This document shows, in pieces, positions 1-14,659 of a stretch of 43,093 nt of DNA. The notes under the pieces were generated by a model. It was not told the origin of the DNA. It saw nothing but the letters and a program-made list of their open reading frames with translations, and made no database searches. The first letter of the stretch is position 1; each line of letters starts with the position of its first letter. This DNA is from Tubiluchus corallicola (Eukaryota; Animalia; Priapulida), in the NCBI GenBank assembly GCA_030141605.1, contig JAQGDQ010001390.1:1-43093 (forward strand), written 5' to 3'. Both the position numbers and the translations under genes were made by a program.

Positions 1-2895
1 AAACGGTGTTATGAAGCTTAATAAGCCAGATTTTACTCTAAGCGGTGATAAAGCAAAGATTTGAATTTGTGAGATAATTACCTTGTGATCTAGGCCTAAT
101 AGCTTTGACTGTAACATGCACAGAAGTAAACACGCTGATGTCATCAACAACGAAAACATCTTCAGTCAACACCTAACAGTGGGGGCGCCACTACTACAAA
201 ACCGAAAGTCTGTTACAAGATAAACTATTTTACCAACAATTTACAGGGTGAATTTTACAGCCAATTCTTCCAAAGATCGGAACTGTGAAATTCTTATAAA
301 GATGCATTGCAGTTGGACTGTCCAAGACTCCAAAAGTCCTAGCTTTTAGCTCAGCAGCAAGCAGTCAGTCACATATCACTTGTTCACTATTAATTGCTAA
401 ACACTTAAGTATTTGTAGTAACTTTGTTTTCAGTTTGTGCAGTTGTATGTAATGTATCTGTGTAGCTAATTGCAAGGGTGTTTTTGTCTAATAAACGAAA
501 TCTGAATTAAGAAAGGCGAACAGGTAAAAAATACATTCGTGACGTAGCCAAACGATAAACATCTTTACCGTTGCTTCAACCTTTATGAAACCATTTCCAG
601 ATTGTGAGTCAGCGCTTAGCAAACGCTAGACTACAAGACAAACAAGTGGGCAGTGGGCAGTGGACCGAGACTCGGGGACAATGGCTTCATCTAATTGACT
701 AATGTATTGTGCATCATGGAAGCTCGACAAGGGTTTCATTAGACACAATAGTAAAAGCATTATAGTAATAGTATTTCCAATCGTAAGCACAGACAGGAAG
801 CAATAAGAAGCAACTGCTAGTCTGCACCGTTGCCAAGTTCAACACGGCAGCGGCAATTTCTTTATTATTTACCAAACGGCTCTAGCTGTAAATGTATAAT
901 AAAAAGCATATTAATGTGTAATGGGTATATGTGACTGATTACATTCAAATCGATGGCTAACACTGTTGATTGGGACACAGTGGTAGGTGATATTTTTCAC
1001 ACACCAGTACCCAGCAGAGAGCTTACTCTGTGTAGATGATTTTGGCAGGACAGGAACATAGCTCAGCATCGGGGATAATATTTCAAGACGAGGCACTGAA
1101 CTGGCAGGCGTGTATTAACTGCATTCGGATGTGTGTAGATCCACATTCAAAAACACAAATATCCTTCCGTACTATGGCAGGTGAACTGTAATATTTTGAA
1201 ACTTATTTATTTTAGCCAAAACAACATAAGAAAAACATGCAACGCAATAAATTGGCCAGCGAGACTTGTACAAGGCGAAAAGACCATTGTCAGGTAAAAC
1301 CCACAAATAATACCAAGCCTCGCGGTCACCCATTTGGTCACTGAGCAAGCTCAGCGTTGCTTAACTTTGGTTATAGTAACTGTTCGTCTGTTCGCCTCCC
1401 CTTACAAACGAAGCTAAACATACATGCCCTAACCACAACCCAAATATCCACTCTGCTACACCACCAATTTTGACAAACACGGTTTTAATCTTTGAATCTC
1501 CCTCAACTCCTGCGAGTGCGTTTAAAGAGTTACAGGGAATGGGAGAAGCCAGGTGGTGACAGGATGACGTCATCGCGGCACTGCCCCACTAATCAATTGC
1601 TACAATTAAAATAAATTATTAACGCTGAAAGAAGCCAGGAGAAAAACATATAGTTGGGACACCAGCACGAGCAGTAAACGTGTGTATACTTCAGTAACCG
1701 CTATCTGAATTCAATTCAGCGCCGGCTGTGTCCATCTTCGACGGAATAAGCTCCTTACATAGTGGTAAATTTGTAAATGTGTATATTTACCATCGTATTT
1801 ACTGTTCGATTAAATCCATTAGCTCTCTTTTACCTGAATAGTTTGTCTGTAGCCATTCCACGTTGTTTTTTATCATGTTGATAAACACTATCGCTAACAA
1901 CACTATTGCTTTAACTGATTGTGAATTTTTGATTAGGTACCATTCGGCCTGTTGTATAACGCAGGCAATAAAGATTTTTATTATTATATGTTATCCCAAC
2001 ACCCAAGGCCCTTCGTAAGAGAAACTTCATTTGATAATGTTGGAAGTTATAGTTAAAGTTATATACTCTTTATCTACGCATAAGTTATGCACAGGTTAGA
2101 AAATAATTGTTTACTGTGACTCCAACCATATAGTACATAGTAATAGATAACGATGTAGTAATATACAACGTACAAATTAGTTCGAAAGAACTAACTACTG
2201 CACTGAGGTATTTGATGTATAGGATCTGATGTATGAAAAAAAAACATTCACCTAAGATACGATATTTCACACTAATTATGCATTCGGGTTGCCTTTAAAG
2301 CTTCTAAAAACTCTATAGTTTTTTATTCTACAATCAACGAAACAATATCAGCGATACAAAACATTAACGAAAAGAAATTCAAATCCATGGAGAACACTGA
2401 TTTAGAAGACTAAGACTATTACACTACGCTTATAGCTATTGATCAATGCTTTATGTGACATATAAACACAGAAATTCGTAACGATTCCGTTAAATTTTCA
2501 AGTCAGACTTGCATAGCTTAGCATTTGTTTATATTAATTTTTAGCCATCGAATCCAACGCATATGTCGGCTATTAGCGCAATCAAACAGTTCGTGCGCAT
2601 GCAGGGTTTCCAATACTATTGCGACGTACCGCAGCTGGGCTTTTTGTGCTTTTTGGACACAGAAACAGCGAGTGGAAATTAGCTATTATTACGCCCAATT
2701 TCACTGCATCGATTGTGTGCTATGGACTCCCGGTTCTGAAACCCAGTCACACATTCAACAGCGTGATCGATTTCTGACTGCCACGTCCATTCACTAAGTC
2801 AGGAAAAAATAAGTGTTTAGCGACAAACGTTCAGAGAGACTGAGCGAAACATTACTGGCCATCAAAGCTAGTAAGTTTAACTGGCGTTTAACTGC

Positions 2896-3269
2896 AATAA
2901 GCCTTTTACATTTCCAGCGATTGATGGTTATCATGGAAAGGTCAAAGGTTAAGTGTACCAGACAACGTATTTGTGTACACTTGACAACGCCTCGCAACCC
3001 AAGCTATTGAAATATCTACAGTTTTAACAGCTAGCTAGAACCTTACCTAGTTTCAAGATCCTGCTAGTAAATCACTCTATTCACAAACTAATGCATTATA
3101 GTACAGTCCACATAAAACACCTGAAGTTACTGAACTGATGCGGCAGAAGGCTGCGTTTTACCCACATGTCACATGACGGTTGTAGTAAAGACGCGTTGCT
3201 GTGGTACACTTAAACCTTTGAGTTGCAGCAACTGCACATGCGCACAACAAAAGTGTGAAAAGGCTTATT
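2896..3269. mobile_element. MITE, family A (copy 1), TIR AATAAGCCTTTT(A/C)CA
   Basis: Starts AATAAGCCTTTTACA and ends TGTGAAAAGGCTTATT. Internal inverted pair TCAAAGGTTAAGTGTACCA / TGGTACACTTAAACCTTTGA. Collinear diverged copy at 16777-17154. Confidence 0.85.
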
Positions 3270-3816
3270 ACCACCCAAACAAGTAGTGTAACCAAAGTGC
3301 CCTGTCACAAAGTGTCATGATACCAACAGCAGTTCTTATACTGATTTTGCAAGTATTTTCGAAATGTCTATTTCACCAAACACTGACGCACAAGTTATAG
3401 CAACAGAGAGTTTTATTACTATTTATTATGTAAATAATTATGAAAATTGTAAACTGGACGATCTTGAGACTATAATTATAAGATATAAATTTCACACCCT
3501 ATAACAATTGTTAAAGTGTTTAAATACTTCAGTTAATATTAGTTTGAACATTTAGCTCCCTCTAGCGAATGCACCTACTGCTGCTTGTTTGCAGTATTTA
3601 TACTCAACGCCGTCAATTGGCAGACAATTCAAAAATCCAGGAAAAATAATTTGTTTATCAAAAGTGGAAGCAAAAAAGACCAAAACTGCTGAAAGTCAAG
3701 AAGATGGATTTATTAGTTTAACCTTTTCCTTGACATTGAGTGTGCAAACTCAAACTACAGCATTTCTTAGCTAATAAGCTCAGACATAACTAAGTCATCT
3801 CTGCAAAGACTTCTCT

Positions 3817-4138
<322 letters not shown>

Positions 4139-4390
4139 TTGTAATAGCCAGCAGCGCGCCCTATGCACACACGAAAGTTAATTTCATAAGCAGCGCATAC
4201 AAAGATTGTTTGTACAATTGATTTCGGTAAGACCAGGACAAATACTGTCATTTTTGTAGTGGATCCTAGAACAATGTTATCGTTATCAACCAAGTATGTT
4301 ACCACTAATGTAAACTGTTTGTGCAGGGGACGGCTTCATTTCAAACACGTGACATTGATTTGACTACTAATAACATGCCGTCTAATTATT

Positions 4391-4449
4391 AATAATAATA
4401 ATAATACCAACAGCAACAGCAACAGCAGCAGCGGCAGCAGCAGCAGCAG

Positions 4450-4480
<31 letters not shown>

Positions 4481-4481
4481 A
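4391..4481. repeat. Compound (AAT)n(CAG/CAA)n microsatellite
   Basis: Read directly from the sequence. Confidence 0.95.
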
Positions 4482-4567
4482 ACCTTTATTGCAGTCGGGT
4501 TTAAATTCAACAGACAACACAAGCCTGCCATGACTGTAAATAACAAACTAGAACTACATAAGAGAGA

Positions 4568-4695
4568 TTATTATTATTACCCCACTTTTACCCTAAATAC
4601 TACCCGCCAGGCAGGGCAACAGCAGGTACCATTTTTAAAGTCCTTGGTTTGACTCGGCCACAATATCGAACCTCAGACAACTGGACGTGTTTGAA
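4568..4695 (-). mobile_element. tRNA-derived SINE remnant, MetaSINE/MESC-like core
   Basis: Minus strand has a B-box-like GAGGTTCGATA, then GGCCGAGTCAAACCAAGGACTTTAAAAATGGTACCTGCTGTTGCCCTGCCTGGCG and a short (TAA)n tail. It resembles the MetaSINE central domain as I recall it. Confidence 0.6.
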
Positions 4696-5129
4696 GGAAT
4701 GTCATATTGCAGGAAGGCACATTTGAAGGCAGGCATGTTGAAGAAATGTCACAAAACATACAGAAGCTAAGAAAGCAGTACCATTTCTTAACGTTTTTTG
4801 AATATTTTATGGTTGCTGTTTTCTCTAAAAGAAATAACAATACAATTAACTTTTTTAATAAAACAGAGTATAAGATTATAAAGAAGAAGGGTGACAAAAA
4901 GACCAAAGGTCAGCCAGTCAGTCACCCTTAAATGTTTGTCATTACTATTACATCTGGTTTGTTAAGAGCACAAAAATATTTACCTTTGAAGCAAGATTTT
5001 GTAAAATATCCTATTAAAAAAGCAATTTAAATTATAAACAAGCAAGAGAAATAAATAACTTAAGTGAAAACACAATAACATGCAAAATTATAAAACAAAA
5101 TCTATTCATGCAAATTTAGATTCCCACTT

Positions 5130-5795
5130 TGATTATAATTTGTTTATCATTTATTCCTTTCTATCAGCATCATTTCGTCAAGTACTTGATTATTTTAGCC
5201 AGATGCACCAGGAAGGAATCTTCCAAGCATTACTGTTACTGTCAACAATCATTTATGTTCATGAATATTTAGCATAGAAACTTTACACTGCTAATATAAG
5301 ATTAATATATAGGACATGAAATGAATAAATATTATAATCTTTCAGACTATAAAGGGCATTACATTTTTCTCTGTTAAGACTGTCCTAGTTTATTAGAATT
5401 TTTATACATTGATTGAGAATTTCTTCAAACAAAATTAGAAGAGTTAACTATGTATAAATTGGTAAGCAATATTGCTCCTTTCATAATCATGTCTATGTAA
5501 ATAGGAAACAAAAGTGGTACCAGCACTATCCCTGCAGGCATACCATACTTGATATAACTTATATTTGTCCATTTCATAGGACGAAAGAAATTACTAACAG
5601 AATCTTAACATTTTTACGATATCAAGTCTTGGTAACTGATTATAATGTTTGGTCAAATATACTTAATTCAAGAACAGGTCACACGAGCTTTATCCATTAA
5701 GGTACTCCATATTTAATATTATCTTTGCACAAACCATACAGTAAGTCGGTTAAGGTGCTTCATATTGAATTTCATCTTTTCATAAACCATGCAGT
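5130..5795 (-). mobile_element. Heavily decayed LINE reverse-transcriptase fragment
   Basis: Minus strand around 5480-5570 reads YIKYGMPAGIVLVPLLFPIYID, a degenerate GVPQGSVLGPLLFLIYIND RT motif. HGF-like and IKYL-like remnants flank it in the expected order, with many stops and frameshifts. Confidence 0.6.
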
Positions 5796-6284
5796 AAATC
5801 AAAATTAAAGCACACTTTTTTAACAGCTTACAGTTTTTTGCCTTTACTACTTAGGTTTGCTTTCTTAATTATCTCTTACATTAGTTTCATTAACCATTCA
5901 CTTGATCATTCATTAGTTAAATTAATAGTCTTTAACATTGTTAATTTTCGCAACTAATTTGTTTAAATGTCTTAATTAAGAATATATTGCATGCTGGGTG
6001 TGATAAAGAACGTTTATTTATAAATGAGCAAGCAACTTTTACTTTCAGTTAATTTTGTTAATCACTTTTAGTTCGACATTATTTAACATATCAACTGATA
6101 AACTGTATAAAGTACAAGAATATATGAATAAATAAATCTTTTCATAAATAAAGCCATTAAAAATTTGTCTTAAGATTTTACACCACTTACATGCTATCTT
6201 GTTGCATACAGAGCTTGTGTTAGGAATAATGCTCTATAAAACTTGTAAATTTAAACTCCCGTGTTGACTGTAGGTGCAGCCAAT

Positions 6285-6604
6285 TTAACGGTAAGTCGTT
6301 TGAAACAAGTTTAGATAACACTGTGCAAAGTTTGAAAAAATAATCGGAACATTCGTAGCTTTCACTAACTGAGTAAAAATTTAAATATTGCTATATATTG
6401 TCAATAAGATCAATAATGTGTTGTTTTACGCATCAGTGGTGCACAATGGGATAGCTATGCAGTGCCGTTTTACTCGATTTTGACTTAAAAAGAATTTTCT
6501 TCACCAACTACATAAGATTTTCAAACAGATAAGTGTAATGTTAAGTAATAATAATTTTGTATGGAATATTCTTTGAGATACTTTAAAATTCCCCTTTCTT
6601 TTAA
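6285..6604 (+). mobile_element. Dispersed repeat family K (copy 1), possible Kolobok-like non-autonomous DNA element
   Basis: AAGTTTGAAAAAATAATCGGAACATTCGTAGC is shared with 14660-14970 (same strand) and 29365-29700 (inverted). The right end abuts TTAA. Confidence 0.6.
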
Positions 6605-7859
6605 CAATTAGACTGACTAACAGACAAGTGAAATGTTATGTACAATTTTGTATACAGAACTATTTTATAATATCAAATCTGGATAAAATGTTTACTAAAC
6701 TTACAATAAAAGTACAAAACTAAAAAGGTAGAAAGGCAGGAGAATCAAGAACAAGTGTGCACAGACAGGCAGATGTAATCAACATGAGCACGATGATCGT
6801 AAATCTCCTTCAGACAGGAAATTATAGGCAGTAATCAATGCGAGAAGCAGCAACAAATGTCCTGCTGACGTAGAAAACACTGATAGACATACAAACTGCT
6901 GACGGCGAAAAATTTACAACGCAATTTGGACGAAACGAACGAGCATTTGCTTTTTCAACATTTTAATGACGAATGCATTATGAATTATGAAGGCTTTAGA
7001 AAAGCTTGAGAGAAAGTGATGTGATTTATTATTATCTGATTGCTGTAATTATGATGCTGTTTCCGAAAAGTCCTAATGGAAACTAGCATTAAATTTCGTT
7101 GTTTGGGATAGCGACAACAGCAATGTGAAAGTTAACAACGGTTCCAGAACTTATAATAAAACTAATAAAAAGCTTGTTGTATTTACTACAATACTTACCA
7201 ATTATGCATTTTAATACGTTACCTACTGAAGAACTAAAAGTGCAAAAAATTTAACACATTAAAATTCTTTTCTCCTTAGTTATCGCCAAAAATACGAATT
7301 TATTCCAACAAACGTCAATTCAAGATCGTAATTAGTCATTTTCTCAGGTGTAAGAAAGTTCTGGACCAAAATTAATTCTGAGAAAACAAGTCGAGGTTCC
7401 CTGAATGGTGGTTCCTCTAAAGAACTGAGTGGTCTAGTTATTCTTGTGGTTGAAACTATGCAACTGAGAGTGTAACTTTAACGATTATCCTCTACTGAGA
7501 ACGGTTATTTTTAATGTCACATTGATGTACGAAATGCATTCTTTTTCTCTGCAAGCAATATTTTTTAAAATTGAACTAGCACATTATTTTCAAACAAGAG
7601 AATAGCAAACAGTTTTCAAATCTTGGTGGACAGATTTCAATCATTCTATGCTGATACAAATGTGAGATAATAAGGCGATGTAGAATGATAATGACGGTGA
7701 CGATGATGACAAATAATAACAAAGATGCTGGTGAAACTGGTAGCAGCAGACGCCCTCTGGGTAAAACACAAATAAGCTATTTTTTGGTAATTTCTACCAA
7801 AATTGCCGATGAACCTTAGAAGGCAGGTAAATGGGAATACTACCACACAAAACTGCCAC

Positions 7860-8070
7860 AAAATTATCATTGAAGTAGGTATATGATCAAAGCGTATAGT
7901 TCTACTATTTCTGCCAGATAGCCATTGGACAGCACATTTAATAGTAAGGAGTGTTCTGGAGAATATGAAGAGCTTTTATGTTTCATTTTACTAATGACTC
8001 TCTCTCTATCCATGATTTTGGGCTTTCACTTGGCACCAAGAGATCCATAGTACCATAATGTCTATATCTA
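7860..8070 (-). mobile_element. Possible decayed L2/CR1-type LINE fragment (region downstream of the RT core)
   Basis: Minus-strand remnants KALHILQN ... RFDHIPT resemble the LQxLQNxAAR...RxDHITP pattern; frameshifted. Confidence 0.35.
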
Positions 8071-10535
8071 AAAACTTTATACTTTAAATATATTAAATTT
8101 TTTTTAACTATTTATCAAAGGTTTAGAAGCTAGTATTATTTAAAAATAATACATTCAGAAATTTTTTATACGTAACAACGGGCTCGTGTGTGCCCTATAA
8201 AATGTATCTTACACAATAATGTTTACTAGTATCATAGTGTTGCTACAATATTTTCCAACAAGTAAATACACTGTATGTATGAACTTAAGAAATAGTTACC
8301 TTAGTAAATGTTCAACTGCTGGAAAATGAGGTAATGCTAAAGATTAATTTAGTATAAACACAGTGGAAGCCGTGAAACAACACAAAAATTTAGGACCAAG
8401 AAATTCAGAGCATAAGTCTCGGATAAGATTTAATTCTTTAAAGGCAAACCGGATCCTATCTAAAACTTACATCAAAACAATCTACCCTATAAAACATTGA
8501 ATGGGAAAATACTATTTTTCGTGAATGACTTGCGTGAAAGAATTATTTCCACAGAAACACAATCTCGGGTTTGCATAGCTAGTTCTTTGCTGCTATATGC
8601 ATTTTGCCACTCGCTAGTTACACGGGCACTGGCGTTTGAATTTCGGAAACATGTTGCCCAAAATCAGGTGCTGTGCCTCTCAGTTCAAAGGTGTTCAGTT
8701 GTGATGTAGTGCACGTGTTTGACCGCTCATATGTGAGCGGTAAACTTGGAATTTGAATTTTACAGCACTGTACTTCAATTTTCGCTTTTGCAAACTGTGT
8801 GGTTGAAAATTATGTTCGTTTGTGACATCACCAATAGTTGGGCTCGTCTGCAGTTTATTAAGTTTTTAACCTATTATTTAATTATCAGAAATTATTTGGC
8901 ATTGTTATAGGTGTTAAAATAATATCCTTTAGTTGTACTTCAAAGGATATGAAAGATCTTCTTGTTTTCCTATAACTTTACGCATTCACATTGGCTCACG
9001 CAGAACACAGTCAACACACTTAACAAAAACGTCGTACATTCTTACATCAGCGTAAAACCAGGACACTTAATGTTACAGTAGAAGCCAGCAGATGATTCCA
9101 GTAAGGAAATCGCTCCAAATTCGATTGAAATGCGCAGGCGGACTTTCACTGATGTGAAGTGTCCACTCACTGAGTCCAATGAATACTGGACTAACTGACT
9201 AAGAGCTTGCCGGACAACAATCCGAACAGCCTATTATTTCAGAATAGACACAGCGAATGTCAATAGAATAATTTAGGGCTTCTAATCGAATAGTCATGGT
9301 TGTGCTGTTAGACGCATGCAAGGAATTATGGGAAACTAAGCACAATAAGCAAAAGCGGAAACCTTGTAGTAAAATTTGCACTGAAAGGATTTTCATTTAT
9401 TGCTTCTGTTTCATCCCGTCACAAATTACAGCGAAGAGGAAAAGAAAGTTACAAAAACACTGTTCCTTAACGAGGACTTCAATCATTTTAATTGACATAT
9501 CACTACATAGCATACGAAATTACAAAGATTGTTCTGATTTTACTTTAATAATTGATGTCTTTCACTTGCACTGTTCTGAGCATTTGCTTGACACGAAAGT
9601 AAGGCACAGTACAAACGTTTATTTTTAGCAAAAACACGTAGCCCAGAAGTACAATGCAAATTTAAAAACATTTATTACAAAATCTACTGTAAAGACAAAA
9701 TGTCACACAAATATAAATTCTGCTTACAATAGAAATTTTACCTCTTAAACCTCTTAAACAGCAAATTCTTTACACTTTGGCACCCTGAAAGACAGAAGCA
9801 TACATGCAAATGTAGTACCTACTGCATCAGGTATTAATGGTGTCACTGGACCAGAATCCCCCTAGACGAGCCACTGAACCAGCAGAAATGTCTCTGCTTT
9901 GTCTGGATCGATGTAAAACCTCCCTATACGTATACCAAGGTTTAAGAATGATGCCATCTGGAGTGATCTGGTATTGAACACATGCCACTTGCATGAACGT
10001 ACACGTGCCTTACACACTCAGCCATGAACCTCGCCACTAATACAACAGCATGCTTTTTGTCGCACTTTAATGAGCTACAAACAAACAAACCTAAATACGA
10101 ACAAAGTACAAAAATGTTGACATAGTTAAACAATACGGTGCAGAAAAGGCAACAATAAGCTCCCCTGGCAATTCGTTTGTCGTCAATGCCACCTATCAAA
10201 ACGCATTTTGTCTGCTATTAAGAGAAAACCAAACAACTACAGAAAGCATAAACTATAAAACCTGAAAAAATCCCCAATGAATCCAGTTATTTCACCATTA
10301 GATATTAATCACAACATTTCCCATGGAGAGTTTATTTTCATGAACTGCTAAATGACTATGCGTTTCTCTAGAGACATTTAGTCACAATTAAAACAAGTTC
10401 TTCCTGGTTTTTGATATATTTCATTGCAAAATCGAACTGACAGGAAGCCACAGTAAGCCTGTCACTGCAACACATGCTAGCTGCTGGCCAGTCAACTGAA
10501 AAGGCTTTCCAATGGCTTCGTTTGTTACATTAGAC

Positions 10536-11019
10536 CAGTGGCGGCTCGTAGCTAAAATTAGTGGTGGCGCTGCAAGATTAAAAAATTTTTTCGCCATTTT
10601 TAATACTGTGTGAAACGAAACAAACATATGAAATTATAATGTTGTAATTGTAATTTTAAACTAATTTAAACATAACCTTGATAAACTCCTAAACAAAAAA
10701 CATTGTCTTCCTACAAATAGCCTAAATTGTCGAACTTCAAGAATACGCCTGTACACGGCTTTTAAAGCACGTGGCAACTGACAACACGTACTGCAGTGAA
10801 CGACAGTACTCTTTCTACCTAAAGTACAGCGCCTTATCGCATGGCCCCATACCCACAGCAGCCAAACACCGCGCTGCATAGGCTGTAAAGCAAATTGTAC
10901 TTCCCTCACATGCTTCAGTTCTGCACAAGTACAAAGCAAGAACTAAAGAAATAAGATTATTATACTGAATAGTATTGATAATAATGAGTGAAAAACAGTG
11001 AATACACGAGCTGCCACTG
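10536..11019. mobile_element. hAT-type MITE, family B (copy 1)
   Basis: TIRs CAGTGGCGGCTCGT / ACGAGCTGCCACTG (13/14); 8-bp TSD CATTAGAC (10528-35) / CATCAGAC (11020-27); homologous copy at 20576-21117. Confidence 0.9.
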
Positions 11020-11570
11020 CATCAGACTAAACATAACTTAGCAGCAGCAGCAATAATAATGCTTTAATAATAGATGCATATTCCCCTAGTCATCTCTTAT
11101 GCTATAACTAATGCATGGAAATTTCATAAAGCCAGCCTGTATTTTCAACTGAACTAAATAGAAACTAAAGGGCTGCTCACTATATAATAACCTGGAAATA
11201 AATTCAGGGTGAATTAAAATCTGATGATTTTTTGCTCTATTTTCTTCTGTGTTTGCAATGCTTTTAAACTGTGCCAGAGCATAATCAGATGACAAAAACA
11301 ACACTAAAAATCTAACAAAACCGCGAAATTCTGGTTACACAAACTAACTAATCCAGCAAAATACAGAGGTAGCATAAATCTTTAATACAAGAATATTAAC
11401 ACTTATAACCACTGACTATTCCAACTTTACTAGCACTTTGCTACAACAAAGGCATTGATTTTACCTATCAGTTACCCCTCTAAACCCACTTAAAACCCAA
11501 GAAACTAACCAGACTGTATTTAATTTTGTAATTGATTTTCCTTAGAATTTTCTTTGTCAACCATGGAAAA

Positions 11571-11845
11571 CAGGATGAGCATCGAAAGTCTGAATTCGAA
11601 TCGAATGAGTTTTTTAGTTCGAATTCAATTTGAACCTCAAATTATGGAATCAAATAATTCACCACTTTAACTATGGACGTTTTTTATGCTTAAAATGTTT
11701 GAAACAGCACGCAATCCTAGCTGTCGTTTCTGTAAATTTGAACTCGATTCGGATTTGAAATCTTGAACTTCGGTTCAATTCGAGTTCGAAAGTCAAAAAT
11801 TCGATTCAACTCGAATTTGCAGTCTGACAGAAAGCGCTCACCTTT
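11571..11845. mobile_element. Degenerate TTCGAA-rich foldback element (hAT-like MITE)
   Basis: Clusters of TTCGA/TCGAA subterminal motifs at both ends; imperfect termini GGATGAGC / GCTCACC; weak 8-bp TSD ATGGAAAA / ATAGAAAG. Confidence 0.5.
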
Positions 11846-12917
11846 ATAGAAAGTTGTTAACAAGCGATGCACATGATACATAGTAAATAAACTTGACCTG
11901 AATTGAAAAACAAGATTTCTCTCACCTTGTTCACCTGCTGCTTTGTTGCACGAGTTATTAGCGTTGTTGCTCGTGTTCTTATGATACATTTCCTTCTTAT
12001 TAATAAGGATTCGGTAAGTTAATTATAGCTGTACAGGTGTATTGCTTAGTGAAAATGAAACGTTAAAAATGGAGTTTTACTGAGCTGATATTTGCCAAAC
12101 GACGTTCGTATTATCCTCGCAACGCCTGCGGGGAAATAAACGCATCAATGCCCGATTGTAGTTAACGCCATACAAAGTAGAAGTCCCTAAAAGCCGATTA
12201 CTGTAATCACGGTTAACACGGCCGCGGGACTGATCAATAGAAAATAACAGTTCGTCAACAGCACGAGTTGACTGCTAACGACTTTAACAAGTCGGTGTGA
12301 CACAGCCACTCAATTTTAGGAACGAGCGTCGTAAAAGCGGAAGTAGTTAACATGCAGGTTAGACTTGGAGTCGTAAAGATAAAAGTTGATGATTCTTCCT
12401 GAGACATCAGTGCTCAGGTGCGTTTATTTGCCAGATGTGTCACCCGAGACGACGAACAATTTGAGTGGTTAATAAAGTGAATGTGAAATAAATTGCGCGA
12501 ATACGTATGAACTGAAAAGCGCACAAACCTGGAGACATAAATCCAATGAATATGGTACCATAAATCTGGAATGAAAAGAGGCATAGAATTCAAAAGAAAA
12601 TTTATTCTACTCAAATTCCGATATACAATGAGATACAATGGATGTTGTTTCCTTATAGAAAAAAAGGAAATACGGCAGTCAGAACGACTAAAAAATTTTG
12701 ATTGCAAATCTCTTTACATTGCAAAATCGTGACTTCTAGATGTCCTCAGTGCACTAATACCTGACTCAGACAACTGTAAATCCAGTTTACAAAACAAGTA
12801 CATCATCATTAAATACAATGCTTTTCTTTAGCACCACTGTGGTTATGCCAAATCTTCATATCAGCACTAAGGTTATTAATCTATGGATTATCCCAGTTTA
12901 GTTATAATAAACGGCTT

Positions 12918-13435
12918 TTAATGTTGTCTTTTCAGCCTCTGTACATTGGGCGTCAACGAGCTGACTTGATTCTTGCTTACCAGTTGCTAAATGGCTTTGT
13001 TGATTATGACTAGAGACGCAGCTGCTCTATGGCCTTGCTGATTATGACTACAGACGTCTTTTTATGTTGTCTTTTCAGCCTTTGTACATTAGGTGTCAAC
13101 GAGCTGACTTGATTCTTGCTTACCAGTTGCTCTATGGCCTTGTTGATTATGACTACAGACGTCTTTTTATGTTGTCTTTTCAGCCTCTCTACATTAGGTG
13201 TCAACGAGCTGACTTGATTCTTGCTTACCAGTTGCTCCATGGCCTTGTTGGTTATGACTACAGACGTCTTTTTATGTTGTCTAGTGATACTAGGCTTCGT
13301 GGACATAATATAAAGCTTACAAAGCCTCAAATTCGACACAATGTACCGACTGTACAGTTTTACAAGTCAAGTAATAAATGTATGGAACTCTTTGTCATTT
13401 GAAGTTGCAATTGCTCCTAACTTAACTAGTTTATA
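12918..13435 (+). mobile_element. LINE (CR1/L2-clade) ORF2 3' fragment containing a 105-bp tandem triplication
   Basis: Encodes RxQRADLILAYQLLxG...DTRLRGHNIKLTKP, then a frameshifted VINVWNSL, matching the CR1-type C-terminus RRLRGDLIxxYK...TRGHxxKL...VVNxWNSL. Unit starts at 12921, 13064 and 13169. Confidence 0.85.
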
Positions 13436-14659
13436 ATTGTACTTCCTACTAATTGCTATTGTCATGGGTATGTAAAATTTAGTACTAAGGTTTACACTTA
13501 CATTATTGCACTGGATGATATGCTGTCCTCAACGTATGGAGACTACTTTTGGAAATTTAAAATATTGTATTTTGTTGTCAGTTTTGCTTACCAGTTGAGT
13601 TACAATTACCCATAAATAATAATAATAATCTTGAAGCAAATAAAACAGTAACTATATGCATATTTGTAGATCAAATCACATCACACATTGTAATGGGCAT
13701 ATAATGAGATTACCAAAGAAAATAGCCTTACAATAGGCTGACAAATACATTATAACAGATAAGATAACCAGTGTTACAGATATCAAAATATAGGGATGAT
13801 GATGATGATGATGAAGTATAGACATTGCCAGGCTATGCAGACCAAAAAAGGCCTTTTTTATTCCAGTCAGTAAATCAAATGAGAAAATATTAATGTTTAT
13901 GAAATCCAGGTGCAAATTTTAACGTATAGTGTATAGATACACAAGCCAAACTGAATTGCAAACATTTGCCCACACTAGAAAATCACTTGCTGTAGCCCAA
14001 AAATCACCAGCACTGAACACTGGGGGTTGTGTTATTTAATTAAGTAAGTGTTAATGGCACAAGTAATAACCATCAATACTTAATTTAGTTATAAATAAAT
14101 ATAATGCAGCACTTTCAATTAATCTGGATACCCGCCTTGACCTAAATTACCCGCTTTTAATGTGTGCACATATAAGCTACAGGGGTCATCATGACATGCT
14201 GCCGCACACATACATGGACAAAAGCTTGGTTTTCACCTTAAGAAATCTAGTATGCATGCAATGATGGATTTAATATAATGGAGTAACATGATTTATATGC
14301 TGTCAGATCCACGTTGTAACAGTAGCAAACAATTCCCGGGAGAAAAGATGAGAAAGTGCACCAGTGCATGAATTATAATACCTCATGATGTGGATACAAA
14401 CATATTCATCCGCAGAAAGATTGAGAAGACAGCATAAGAGTTTCAGTAGAAGATACTGAGAATGAAAAGGATGGATATGAATACATGAGAGAGCAGAGAA
14501 AACCGGCAAACAGATTCTCTTAAAACATAAGAAAACACTATTCAGAAATAAATGTTGAAATTTTCTTTTGATACTTTATACAACTTGCCATCTGTTTTAT
14601 TCCATACAGAGCTAGCAGTAATGCTGTAAAAAACTTGGTAAAACTCAAGCAGCCCACTA

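Noticed and set aside
1563-1574. Perfect CRE palindrome GATGACGTCATC
   Set aside because: A single short motif in 43 kb, and one also common inside transposons; not enough to call a regulatory site.
9819-10074. Exon-like minus-strand segment (tttgtttgtag|...TAG|gtacta)
   Set aside because: It has stops in all frames, no similarity to CASK L27/PDZ sequence and a weak donor, so it cannot be supported without RNA data.
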